A stretch of 64,000 bases of DNA from the human T2T-CHM13v2.0 reference genome, Homo sapiens. Each line of letters starts with the position of its first letter. Position 1 is the first letter of the stretch. Below are positions 43,655 to 57,830 of this stretch, one piece after another. Where the stretch lies: NCBI RefSeq assembly GCF_009914755.1, contig NC_060930.1, one strand, 5' to 3'. Below the pieces are notes generated by a model. The model had not been told where the DNA came from and did not search any database. It saw nothing but the letters and a program-made list of their open reading frames with translations. The position numbers and the translations under genes are program-made.

Positions 43655-45499
43655 CACAGTTAAGTATGTGTACAATATAAAGTGTGATAAGTCTTGTGGA
43701 GATAATAAGTATGACATATCTGAATTCTTTGAAGCTTTAATGAGAATATGCAGCTCTTCTGATCTTGCATAAAATCTTTTAACAAGAGTAAAGCAAACTC
43801 AGTTTGTCCAGCAGATATTTATTAAGCACCTAGTATGGGTTAGGCACTATGGTAGATGCTGGGGAGAGGCAGTGATGAACATGGTGGTCTAAGAATTTTA
43901 TTGGCTGAGCTTAGAGTGTGTTGCTTCCTCTAGGAATCCCTCTGGCTTGGGTTTGGGTGTCCCCTCTTGGTGATCACACAATAAGATGGGCATACCTTTA
44001 TTGTGTTTTCCTCTAGTTGCATTTATATCCAGGTTGCCTGTATCTTTCCTACTTAATTGTGAGTTCTTCAAGAGTAAGACCTACATTTCGTTCATCTTTG
44101 AATCCCTGGTGCTTGAGGCATAGTAGGAGTTCAAGAGGTGTGTTGCCCTGTACTTGAAGAGACAGTTTATGGAAGGTGTGTACATGCCCTAGGACATTCT
44201 CTAATTTCCATCTTAAGCAGTAAGATCCCGACTGACTAACTCTCTTAGGTGACAAGAAAAATCAGTGAATGTCATTGATATGAAATCTGATACGATGAAA
44301 GAAGAAATGTGTTCATCAAGACCATGCCCATGCTTTTAAAGGAAAACTGGTCATTGTTTTAACAACCAAAAATGATTCTTAATCTCAGATGTCTCCCTCT
44401 TTCCTCAACTGAGCCTATGCAACAGCTTTACCTGCCATGTTCCAGCTCACTCTTGCCTTGAGATTAGCAACAGAGAGCTGGGAAGCAGGGAGAGGAGGAC
44501 GATGTTATTAAGGTGATGACCCCTGCTTTTGCCTGCTTTACTGTCAAGTTTTAAAAAAAGACACAGATTAGGTTTTAGGCTAAGTTTTACCAAAAAAACA
44601 AAAAGAACCAAATTCCAATGTCAGATCTCCAGGGAAATAAAAGGATAAATATTCAAGTTGACCTGAACTTCTCAAGGTCAATGTGTTCTATCTATAAATT
44701 GTATTAAGACAATTATATCATGTAAGCATTTCTCTCTGAATAAGAACTAATTCTCTGCCCACACCCAGCAAAATGTTATTTTTTGTTCTAAATTTCTCTC
44801 AAAGGCAAATGCTTTCCCACACTCAGAAATGCATTCTTTGTCCTCTGAGTATTAGTTGTATGCCAAGATTCAAAGTTTAAATTCTAAACACTTTTGTTTA
44901 GTTTTTTAAGCATACACTATGGCAGAAAATTTTGCTTTTTTAAAGGTTTGACTGACTCAAATAATCACTATTTCTAGGGATTCTTGAGAAAATTACTTTT
45001 AAACTAAGAAATAGAAGAAATTTCACCAGAAAATCTCATTTTGATGAGATTATAACAAATATGAGGATATTGAATCAAAGGCCTGCATCCTTCTGGACCA
45101 TTATTTTGCTACCATAATGTTAATACACTTATTAATATATTATTATTGCCCAGGTTGAGTTGGATTTAAATTAACAGCCCTGCATCAGCCTATGGGGAAG
45201 TCTCTAGTAGAATGACACACAGCTGTTTCATTGTCTTTACTCTTTAACATTTACCAACTTTTTAGATGAAAATATAGATGATATATTGTGATATGTATTT
45301 CTTATAATTTTCTTCCTAATTATAAAATTAATTAATGCTTAATACAGATGATTTAGGAAACACGGGATGGTGGTGGTGGGGAATCATCCATAGTAGTGTG
45401 GCTTTTCTTTTTCATTAGCAAATTGTATTTCTTGAATAATTTACCAAGGCTCTGAAATATTTTTATATTTGTCAGAATGTCCATTTCATAGACCTAGCA

Positions 45500-46400
45500 A
45501 CATATTAGCTAAATTTGTGAATGACATGGAGATGAAAGGAATAGCTAGTATGGTAGAGGAAAGAATTAGGATTCAAAACCCTCCATAGGCTGGAAGAATT
45601 AGTTGAAACACAAGATAAACTGTAGCAAGAGTAAATGTAGGCCAGGCACAGTGGCTCATGCCTGTAATCCCAGCACTTTGGGAGGCCAAGGGGCAGATCA
45701 CCTGAGGTCAGGAGTTTGAGACTAGCCTGGGCAACATGGTGAAACCCGTCTCTACTAAAAAATAAAAAAATCAGCTGGGTGTGGTGGCATGTGCCTTTAA
45801 TCCCAGCCACTTGGCTGGCTGAGGCAGGAGAATTGTTTGAACCCAGGAAGTGGAGGTTCCAGTGAACACAGAGATCATGCCACCTCACTCCACCCTGGGC
45901 AACAAAGCAAGACTCCGTCTCAAAAAAAAAAAAAAATGTAAATGTAAAGTCCTGGTATAGAAACAACTGTCCCTGCATAGGAAGAAGGCAATGCATCAAA
46001 ATAGGAGTTCCTGTGGAAAAGACTGGGTATTTCTAGTTGATGAAAACTTAGCCAGAATTGGGCTTTGATTTAGAATTGGGCTGCCAAAAAAGATAGTGTA
46101 AGCTTAGGTATCATCAGTGAAGTACAGAATCCAGAGGGAAGGGAAGAGGTGTTCTTACCATTTCCACATGGTTCAAGCTACACCTGGAGTATTGTTTTCA
46201 ATTTTAGGACACATTTAAAGACGGCGTTAATAAAACATGAGCCTTCCCAGCTGAAAATTTGTGTTGAAATCATGTTATATAAGAAAGATGAAGCGAAAGA
46301 ACTAAAGAGAAATATGATAGCTGCCTTCAACAATTGGAAAGAATTTTTCTGACCTGTTCAGAAACCATATCTAGAAACAAGGGGTAGAAGAATTGTCATT
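45500..46400 (+). mobile_element. L3/CR1-like ancient LINE remnant, interrupted by an Alu
   Basis: AAATTTGTGAATGAC (KFADD-like), GGATTCAAAA, AAATGTAAAGTCCTG motifs typical of CR1/L3. Confidence 0.45.
45640..45936 (+). mobile_element. AluS
   Basis: Dimeric Alu, TSD gtaaatgta. Confidence 0.9.
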
Positions 46401-47416
46401 CAGATTTCAGCTTAAGTGACACTGCCTCAGCAGTGTCTTGCCTTGAAGTAGCCACCCAGTAATTAGTATATAACTGTTTTAGCCTTCTGTATAATAGGTA
46501 TCATTATCTATTCACTTAATTTTTTTTCTGTAAACTTAATTCATTAATTTATTGTCTGTTGGTCTGTTTCTTCTCACTAGAACATAATTTTCCTGAAAGT
46601 AAGTTCCCCTCTGTCTTGTTCACAGTTATATACAGTACCTTGAACAGTACTACTATAAATATTTATTGAATGAACTAATTTATGGGAAAGCAGATTTTGG
46701 CTTAATAGAGAAAGAATTTTCTTTCTGTGGGGAAGGGGCAAGAGCTTTCAACCACTGAGGATGTTTTATGTTAACTAGTTTTATCTTCATACAGTTTGTC
46801 ATCAGCCACTTTTTGAGCACTTATATGCTAGACATAGGCATGGAAGACACGGCTCAGAGACAGTAAGTAACTTTGCCCTAGCTCATGTCGTTGGAACTGA
46901 AAATTGTAATCCATCTTGTCTGTTTCCAAAACCACTGGGCTTTCTACTATACCATAAATAGAATAGGGGTTTATGATGATGAATTTTCCCATCACTGGTG
47001 GACTTTAGGCAAAGACTAGATGATCATTCATTGGGATACTAAACTATGCTAACTAATGGATTCTTGAATTGAGTGGGATGGTGGACTAGATCCAATTCTA
47101 AGATTCTGTGATTCTGTGATAGAAGCTGTCCATTCATGATAGAAATTCTATGACAGGATTTCTTTATGTTGGAAATAACAAAGAAGAAAAGAAACCTTTT
47201 TTGAAATTGTTGCTTGGAACCCAAGAATGTGAACTTACACAATTGCCAAAATGTTATCCCTTAATCCTAGCTGGATGGTGGACTGAAAGTGGGCTCAGAA
47301 ATATACTTGCATTTCAAATACAATAGCTCCTACAGTCCACAAATAAAAAATGAAAACCAAAACTTTGAAACGATAAAATGGAAAGTTTTCAATGAAGTAA
47401 GCAAATTGTACAATAA

Positions 47417-47756
<340 letters not shown>

Positions 47757-47972
47757 ACATAATGAACTCTTATAGGAATCAAAGAATAAAAAATAGATGC
47801 AGATACTGGCAATGTCCCAAGAGTCATTCTTCAAAGGAATTAGTCTACCTATGTCAGTATTAGTGTTTATAGGATTAGCTGATACAAATCTCTTGAAAAT
47901 GAAACTGTGTTGTATTCAAGCTATTTATTACATTATACCTTGAATATATTCAAAAACATGGTGGGGGGTTGG

Positions 47973-48278
47973 GTTGTTTTGCTTTGTTTTGTTTCTGAGA
48001 CATGGTCTCACTCTGTCACCCAGGTTGGAGTACAGTGGTGCCCTCTTGGCTCACTGCAACCTCCACCTCCTGTGCTGCAGCCATCCTCTCACCTCAGCCT
48101 CTGGAGTAGCTGGGACTACAGGTGTGCACCACCACACCCAGCTAATTTTTGTATTTTTTGTAGAGATGGAGTTTCCCCATGTTGCCCAGGCTGGTCCTGA
48201 ACTCCTGAGCTCAAACAGTCCACCTACCTCTGCCTTCCAAAGCACTGGGATTACAAGCGTGGGCCATGATGTCTGGCC
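47973..48278 (-). mobile_element. AluJ
   Basis: Antisense Alu. Confidence 0.88.
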
Positions 48279-48556
48279 GATTTTTTTTTCATCAAATACT
48301 GAATTTTTTTGGTGAGGGGCCAGTGTAAATCAACACAATTCCTTAATTAGAAATGCTCACCTCGGGTATCTGAAAGTCATTACATTTGGACTTGTGAACA
48401 AAAAATATTCTGCAAAAAGATTGTTTTATGATATATAGATAAAATAATAAACCATGGCTTCTAGATGATCATAAGGGACTAACTTTGTGAGAGAGCATTT
48501 CCAAAATTTTAAGCATGTTCCAACTTCCCAATTTTGCTAATTATTTTTGGTTTAGC

Positions 48557-48844
48557 TTTTTCCCCCCAGACAATGCCTCACTCTTGTCACCCAAGCTGGA
48601 GTGCTGTGGTGATATCAGCTTACTGTAGCCTCAACCTCCTGGGCTCAAGCTATCCTCCCATCCCAGCCTCACAAGTAGCTGGTACTACAGGTGTACCATG
48701 CCAGGCTAATTTTTGTTTTTGTTTCGTAGAGCCAGGGTCTCACTATGTTGCCCAGGCTAGTCTCCATCTCCTAGGCTCAAATAGTCCTCCCACCTCTGCC
48801 TTCCAAAGTGCTGAGATTACAAGTGCGAGCCACCGTGTCTGGCC
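48557..48844 (-). mobile_element. AluJ
   Basis: Antisense Alu, TSD tggtttagct. Confidence 0.85.
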
Positions 48845-50759
48845 TGGTTTAGCTCTTTAATGCTTATAAATAAGAATATTCCTACATAATAGTCTTAAAA
48901 GTCTATGATGTTTGTCAGCTATTCATATGAAATTAATATGCTTTAAGATTCACATAAAAATTAAGAGTAAAAGTAACATACTGTATCTGTAGAATATTAA
49001 AAATTAGCATGTTTAATCAATCATTACAACATGAAAGTGACTTGTGGTAACCAAAGGAATCATAAAATCACTGAAAGTGAAAAAGTCAAGTGAATTCAGG
49101 GCAAGGTAGATGATAACTAAAAACGTATTTACAAAACTGGAGGAAAAGGGTCTTTTCTGGGTGCTCATCCAGCATACAGAAATTGTCTGGCAAATGTCAG
49201 TTTTCTTCTTTACTATTTGTTATATATTCAATAGTTGGCAAAAGGAAACACAGTTATGTAGTTTTGTCTTATTTTACACTATAGACATGTTCCTTAGAAG
49301 TATGAGTTGAAATTTTGTAAAATAAGTATCTTAAATGGACTATTGGAATTTGCTTTAATGGTCTTTGTTAGTAAATTATAATCTTATGACTTCTTCATTG
49401 TGTAAACCTCAACAATTTTAAATCAATTTGCTTAATTTTGCTTCAACAACAACGAAACAAAACAAAACAAAAAAACCTTTCTAGCTATTATGTAATGGGT
49501 CCTATCTCCTTGGCATAAGATTCAGAATAAAAAGTCAGTATGTAATACCTCCCTATTATAGGCCAATTATGAAATAAACTACTAAAATCTATTTATTCTT
49601 ATGTGTCAGCATGGTGGGATCCAGGACCAGGAGTTCCATTATTCTGCCTTTGGTTGAATGCAGCACCCCAAACTCCTTATCAGAGAGTAAGTATAATTCA
49701 TTCAAAATGATTCTTTCATATAAACATCCTCATCATGTTATAAAAATTTAAGCATCTCTTGGAGAAACTTATCACTATGCAATTCCCAGGAGAAAATTAA
49801 AACTTTTGAAAACAACTGAAAATAGATGATGGTGACCAACAGTGGAGAAAAAGACAAGTCAGACATAGGAGAGAATATAGTGTCTGGGAGAAACCAGCCC
49901 ACAGCTGTATACCCACAGCTAAAAAATGTGGAATTTCTGATGGCTGGAGCTACAGTAGCTTATTTTCAGACTAAGGCCAATTGTAGTATGCCAACATCCT
50001 CATATTCTGCTGAAACACATTTGCCAAAATTGTTCTTTCCTTCATTATATATGTTACTTTTCCTTTTCTCTTCTGTATATCCCACATTTTTAAATATATA
50101 ATTCACTGTCAGAAGAAGATATAATTTCTTTTGAACACATGTAATATATAAAATCATGCCTTTACATCACAAGAATCTTTAGAAGATGTTCTGACTTAGT
50201 CTTTATAAAGGTTTTTATTTTAACTCCTCTAAGGAAAAGAATGCATCAATAACATCATGCAATAATAGATTATTATTAAATGTATTGAGAGTAACCCAAA
50301 TGTTTATGGTTTTACAATTTGGCATTTTTATTTGAGTAAGCATAAAGAAGGTGCTTATTTCCAAGATTAAATAACTTCATGTAGATTACAAAACAGCCAG
50401 AGTATCTTGTAACCATGTAACCATGAGGAATATTAACACTTCTGCCCCTGCAACACCCATACCAGCAATTATTTGTCATGTTCTTGACTTTGAACACTCT
50501 TCCACAATTCATTTTGTGTCCCCTGAAGGAGACTGAAAACTAAACTAAAATCATTGGTGCCTGTTTTATACTAGGCATTTTACTAGGCACTTTCATATAC
50601 ATTATCTAACTTAATTCTCACTGCCACCATCCAAAGTGAGTACAAGCGTCTCTAATCGCCAGTGATAATTTCTCTTTGGAGAATGATCCAGATTATAGAC
50701 ATTACATTTAATAGCAGCAGTTTTTCTGCAGATCAAATGATGATGAGGTAATTTGAGCC

Positions 50760-50890
50760 TACATTGTCCAGTGTGGCAGGCACCAGTCACGTGGCTATTT
50801 AAATTTCAATCAATAAAAATGAAAAATTCAGTTTCACAGTCTCACTTGCCACATTTCAAGTGCTCAATAGCCACATGTGGCTAGTGAGTA
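50760..50890. mobile_element. MER3-like hAT fragment
   Basis: GCCACATTTCAAGTGCTCAATAGCCACATGTGGCTAGTG. Confidence 0.65.
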
Positions 50891-50899
50891 GTTTTACTA

Positions 50900-51668
<769 letters not shown>

Positions 51669-51711
51669 ACCAGTTTTCAGAAAATGAAAATAGTAATTCA
51701 AAATAGTGTAA

Positions 51712-51842
51712 GCCGAGTGCAGTGGCACATGCTGGAGTGCAGTAGTCACAGCTACTTGGGAGGATGAGGTGGGAGGATCACTTGAGCCTAGGAGATCAAA
51801 TGTAACCTGGGTAACAGAGTTAAACCCCATCTCAAAAAAAAA
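51712..51842 (+). mobile_element. Alu monomer (FRAM/FLAM-like)
   Basis: Single Alu arm with A tail. Confidence 0.7.
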
Positions 51843-53924
51843 GTGTAAGTCTTAATTCATACTGAAAATAGTTTTAATGTTTTCTTAAGCTGAATGATCT
51901 ACATAAGTAATCATATACAGGTAATAATGTGGCAAAGTGAAATGATTTGATTACAGAAATAAATCTAATTCCAGGATTTAAGGATGTAGAGTTGCAATTA
52001 CATAAGCTATACCTGACACCACTTCAGCATCACACATATTTATCACCCGGTTTAGCTGTTCTGCTGTGAATGCATTATGGAAAAGGTAGCCAAGTTTTTT
52101 GGTCTAGGAATACTTTCTTCTGGAACATGGCCTTCCTCTAGCTGAATATAGCAGAAGACCCCAGCTAGGTTCACTGATGGGTCTTTCTATAATAGCAATC
52201 TATTTCCATTATGATTCTCAGGCCCAGCCAAGGCCACACACATTCCAAATCTATACTCTCAGGTCTTCCTAGAATTTATATTCTCTGCAAATTCAAGGAA
52301 TTAATCATAGTGTCTTTCAGCTTTTTCTCAGAATTTTCCCAAAGTTAAATCACTGTTAATAAAACATACGTTCTTCACAGAGAGTAAATCCAACAGTTTG
52401 TAGAGAGACAGCTCTTCAGGGTGATTTTCTTCTCTTTCTTAGTGGCATCCCGGGGGATTTACTTCCATTATCATCTGAGCACAAAAGAGGATCAAAAATT
52501 TTGGCCACCGTTTAGCTCTATTTCCTGGTTTAACTACTTTTTTTTTTTTTTTTAACCAGACTTAAAAGAGATGGTTCTTTGGGGAGAGGGGATGGTACAA
52601 GAAGAATCACAAATTTTCATTAAAATCCCTGATAATAATTGGCTGTATTTATACATTTCTGGTGATTTATAATTTTCAGAAAGCTTTCATGTTAATTCTT
52701 TTAATCCTCCCAAAAATCCTATGAGGTTGGTGTTCATATATGCCCTATTTTACCAAAAGAAAACAAAACAAAAAACTAGGAAACTTAGAGACACGGAGTA
52801 GCAATCCAAGCTTACAGAACAGTTGTTTGCCTCCACTGTCCCCACTTCTCACTGCCATTCTGATTTCCAGTTCCAACCCATGGAAACTTGTGCTTGGGCT
52901 CCTACCACTTGACTAAAACTACTCTCAACAAGGTCTCCAGTAACCTCTTTGTGGGACCCTTTCAGTCCTTATCTACCCAGACTATCATCAGCACTTGACT
53001 TTGTGGACCACACCCTTGCTTAGTTTCTGGGACACTACACTCATTTATTTTTTTTTTTCTCTTGCTTAATCTGTTTCTCTTTTAAGGACTCCACTTCCTC
53101 TATCTCAGAGCTTCCCAACAAACAGGAAACAAAGAGATATTGTTTCACCCATGTGGGACCTGGAAGTACAGAACCTTATAGCTGATTGCTATCATTAGAA
53201 GCATTTTTATTTTGTGTTCCTGTGATGGTCATCCAAGAAAAGTGGATCTGAAAGTGTGCCTCCCTCCGTCCCAGCATCATATGGCACTCACTGTTCTATT
53301 GAGTAGATCTGGGAGAGGCCAAGTTGGACATCAACTTTGGTAGCCCAAAGAGGAGAGTGCACAGCTCAAGATACAACTGCCTGTGCAGGGGAAGCCAGGT
53401 AGGGGTTCTTTCCTATTGGAGCTGCAAGCAGGATAAAATTCTGTCTTCAAATATATTAGTGTTTATTTCTTATGGCACAATGTTTAGAAATAAAGAAATA
53501 TATAAAATTTGTGCTGACTACAATTTTAGTAGTGTTCTTTCTAGCTATAGTATGACTATCCTAATAATGTGTTTGTTCATCAAGAGAAAATTTGATTGTA
53601 TTCAAAATCATCATCTTTGCAAGAAATTTACTATTACATTTGTCACTGAAAAAAAGGGATGATAGATTCTTTAGATATAATTCCAACTGTCATAAATTGT
53701 TAAGTAGTTATAAAAAATATTCTCACTTTTTAAACTACCTACTCATATGAACATTTCCCACCAATGGTAATGATCACATATAATTAGAAAGAAAGTATAC
53801 CAATTTCAAACATAAAATCTGATATTAAAAAGTTAGGTTAAATATTATATCAATTCAATATTTAGCACCCCTACTACTTTTTAAAATTTTTCTTATTATA
53901 GTTATAGAATATAAAGAAAGTATT

Positions 53925-54789
53925 AAGAATTGTGTCCCTACCCAAAAAAGATGGGTTAAAATCCTAACTCCCAGTACCTCAAAATAAGACCTCATTTCAA
54001 AATAGGTTCTGATATGGTTTGTATGTTTGTCCCATCCAAATCTCATGTTGAAATATGATCCTCAGTGTTAGAGGTGGGGCCTGGTGGGAAGTGTTTGTCT
54101 CAAGGGGACAGATCCCTCATGAATGACTTGGTGCCATCCTCGAAATAATGAGTGAGTTCTTGTTCTATACATGCAGGATCTGGTTGTTTAAAAGAATGTG
54201 GCACCTCTCCCTCCTCACTCCTTCTCTTGCCATGTGACACTTCCTGCTCCCTTTTGCCTTCCCCAGTCATTGTGAACTTCTTGAGGTCCTCACAAGAAGC
54301 AGATGCCCGTGCCACACTTCTTACATAGCTTGCAGAACTGTGAGCTAAATAAACCTCTTTTCTTTACAAATTACCCAGCCTCAGGTATTCCTATATAGCA
54401 ATGTAAAAACAGCCTAATACAGGGTCATTACAGATGTAATTAGTTAAGATGAAGTCATACTAATGTGGAGTGGACCTCTAATCCAATATGTGTTCTTATA
54501 AGAAGATAGCCATGTGAAGACAGAGAGACACACAAGGAGAACACCATGTTAAGATGAAGGCAGATACTGAATTGCTGCAAGTCGAGGAACACCAAAGATT
54601 GATGGCAAATCACCAGAAGCAAGGAAGAGGCAAGGAAGGATTGCCATACAGGCTTCAGAAGGAACATGGCTCTGCTGACATCTTGATTTTGGACTTTTAG
54701 TCTCCATAAACGTAAGATGATAAATATTTGTTGTTTCAAGCCATCCAGTTTGTGGTACTTTGTTGTAGTAGCCCTAGGAAACTAACACA
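53925..54789 (+). mobile_element. MLT1B/C-type LTR split by a nested MSTB LTR
   Basis: MLT1 sequence resumes seamlessly after 54426 and ends CTAGGAAACTAACACA. Confidence 0.75.
54010..54421 (+). mobile_element. MSTB-type MaLR solo LTR
   Basis: TGATATGGTTTG...CCTAATACA termini, TSD ggttc/gggtc. Confidence 0.82.
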
Positions 54790-55495
54790 GAAAGTAAAGA
54801 AAAATGTCATGCAGCCTTATATAAATACTCCTAGATGTCTCACAGTTTACCCAGTGTGTCATACAAATGCTATTTTCCATGTCTGCTATGACATGTAAAC
54901 AGTTGGGAAGCACAGTCCACCACCATTTCTGAAAACACTGGCATTTCCTAGGAGGATTTGTCCTTGATCCTCTTTTCCTCTCATAGTTAACCCATTCTTG
55001 CTGGGTAATTTTACCAACTCAGTTTTCACCTGAATGTTAATTATTTCAAATCTGTGTCCCCAAGCCCAGGTGTCTTTAAGCCCAGATGTCTCTCTTGAGT
55101 CCCAGGTTCTATACCCAACTATCCATGACACTTGGAGGTCCTACAGTCACTGAGACTGCAAAATCCAATTGGGACAATTAAAAAAACAAAACAAAACTCC
55201 AGGTGGCCTAAATTTAGATTATCAAGAGGGGCTTGGAGATGTAGATGTTTGGGTATTGCTTCAGGATATAGCTCTATTATTTTTGTTTGTTTGTTTTAGC
55301 CAGAGATCCATCCCTAGGACCTTTCTTGAGTTCATCTCCCATCAAAGTGAAGACAGTGTGAAGAACCATTCCTGGAAAATATCATCATGTTGAGGAATCT
55401 CAAATTCTGGCTAAATGTAGTACACAATCTATGAAAATTCATTCACCCTAAGATAGAGCCAAACATGCCACATATAATAGCTACCTAGCTCATGG

Positions 55496-56221
55496 TGTTA
55501 AAGAGAAATTATTCACTGGACATTTGTTGAAAATGACAAGACAGAATTTGTTTGAGCTACTGCAATAGAAGAGAAATACTTCAGTACAGAACTAAACCCA
55601 ATTTTGCAGAAATAAAAGGTGGGAGGCTTTTTAAACATCTGGGTGTACTAAAGAAAAAGTACTGAAGGACAGGACATTAGTGGGGGTTGGCTCAAAATGA
55701 TTATTAGTCTGTCTTTGTCTGTCAATTGGAACTTATCAAAGTTAGGCACCTACACTCCCAGGGAGACTGCACAACAGGGCCTTATCTTTCTTGGTGATTA
55801 CACTTCAAAGGGATGGCTCCCAGGTCCTTGAGAAAGACATTCCTGGAATGTAGAGGATACACCTCAAAGAGAGAAAAGATTTACAATAGCAAGTTTTCTA
55901 AAGTAAATGCTCTAAGAAAAGAGAGATCAGGGGCCTATACTCAGGTTTTGGGCTGGAATGAACAGTAAATTCTTTTGGCAGTGTTGAGCTTTCTCAGGCA
56001 GGCATTTTAAGGGATCTGGGTTTGTCATCCTGGGAACACAGCCTCGAGCTTACAGAAACTATACTAGTGTTTGCCCATGTCTCTTAGTTGGGAGGGCAGG
56101 AGGAGTTGGGAGAAATAGTTTGTGCTTTCAGTCGCTGCTCTTATAGGCCAGGATTGAGGCCTAGTCAAGAAAAGGGCTTAGAGGAGCCTAACCAAAGTTT
56201 GGTCAAGGAGAGTCTTTGTCA
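55496..56221 (-). mobile_element. MER4-group ERV1 solo LTR (MER31/MER67-like)
   Basis: Minus strand begins TGACAAAGACTCTCCTTGACCAAACTTTGG and ends ...TTTAACA. Confidence 0.6.
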
Positions 56222-56549
56222 ACGACTGTAGGAATCAATATAAATTTCCTCCCATCACACTAGTGTTCTTAAAGCTGTTAAGTTTTCACTATATTTTAAA
56301 TATTTTGTGAAAAGCGTGGGTCAGACTAGATGAACTTGAGATGTCTATTAACATCAATGTCCAAGAGGCAGAAATTTAATTCATATTAGTGGGGTGAGAA
56401 TAGAATGTTTTAGAAAAGCTAATGATGAGCCTTCTGATATCTCTGTCTTTGGTTTGCATCTTTCATTATAAGTAAGCAAGTGGACTCTGTACCCTTCTTA
56501 GATATCTTACCTTGAAACATGCTTTTTTCTTGAGGGAAAAACCCAAATC

Positions 56550-57830
56550 ATTGAACAGATATTTATTAAGTACCTACTATAAATTAGGAACTTTTCTAGG
56601 CATTGGGGCCACAGCAGTAAACAAGACCAACAGATGTCTGTCTTGAGGAGGCTCACATTCTAATGGTGGGAGACAGACAATAGGTAAATACATAAGACCA
56701 CTTCAGATAGAAAATTTTATATAAAATTACTATAAAATAATCCAAACAGGGCCGGGTGTAGTGGCTCACACCTGTAATCCCAGCAGTTTGGGAGGCCAAG
56801 GCGGGCAGATCACCTGAGGTCAGGAGTTTGAGACCTGCCTGGCCAACATGGTGAAAACCTGTCTCTACTAAAAATACAAAAATTAGCCAGGTGTAATGGC
56901 GCACACCTATAATCCCAACTACTCGGGAGGCTGAGGCAGGTGAATTGCTTGAACCCAGGAGGCAGAGGTTACATGAACTGAGATTGTGCCACAGCGTTCC
57001 AGCCTGGGCAATAGAGCAAGGCTCCATCTCTAAAATAATAATAATAATAATAATCCAAACAGGATTATTTTATAATAATTGTGATGTGATAGAGTGATGG
57101 AGTGGGAGGGATCTGCTTTAGATGCAGAGGTCAGAGAACCTCTCTGAGCAGGCATTTGAATGATCCTATGGGCATAACAAAGATCTGGGGGAAGAGCATT
57201 CAGGCCAAGGGAACATGTGCAAATGCCTCGATGTGGAAATAGTTTTGATGAGTTTACAGAACAGAAAGGAACAGCTGAAGCATAATGAATAAGCAGGGAG
57301 TGGTCTGAAATGTGGCCAGAGAGGAAAGCCTGGTAATACAGGGCCTTATAGGCAGTTGTGAGGAGTTTGTACTTTATTCTAGCTGCAATGGAAACTCGTG
57401 AAGGTTGTTAAGCAGAGGAGTGAGAACATCAGACTTATAGATAAATCTTTTCAAAAATCATTTTGGTTTTCTGTGAAAAAAGATTGATAAGGGGCCAGAT
57501 TGGAAGTAGGAGAGTAGTTTTGAGGGTATTCAAAAATTCTGGAGGAATTGTGATGATGGCTTGTTCTCAAGTGGTAGTAGTAAAGATGGAGAGATATGAA
57601 TGAATTCAAGTTATATTTGAAAGCGTAACTGACTTGTGAGTGGATTAAGTAAATGAAAAGGAGAATCAAGCTAGATGTATTGACTTGAGGGAAATACTGG
57701 AGGAAAATGGGTTTGGAGAGGTGGAAAAGACTTAAGTGTAAAAGGAAATGCCAATCAGGCACTGCATATATGAATATAGAATTCAGGAATGGTAAAAGCT
57801 CAAGATGTCTATTTGGGAGTCATCAACATA
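56550..57830 (-). mobile_element. L2 remnant interrupted by an Alu
   Basis: ATTTATTAAGTACCTACTAT, GAGGAGGCTCACATTCTA, GATCTGGGGGAAGAGCATTC, GGAGTCATCAACATA motifs. Confidence 0.65.
56750..57050 (+). mobile_element. AluS with (AAT)n tail
   Basis: Dimeric Alu, TSD aataatccaaacag. Confidence 0.92.
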
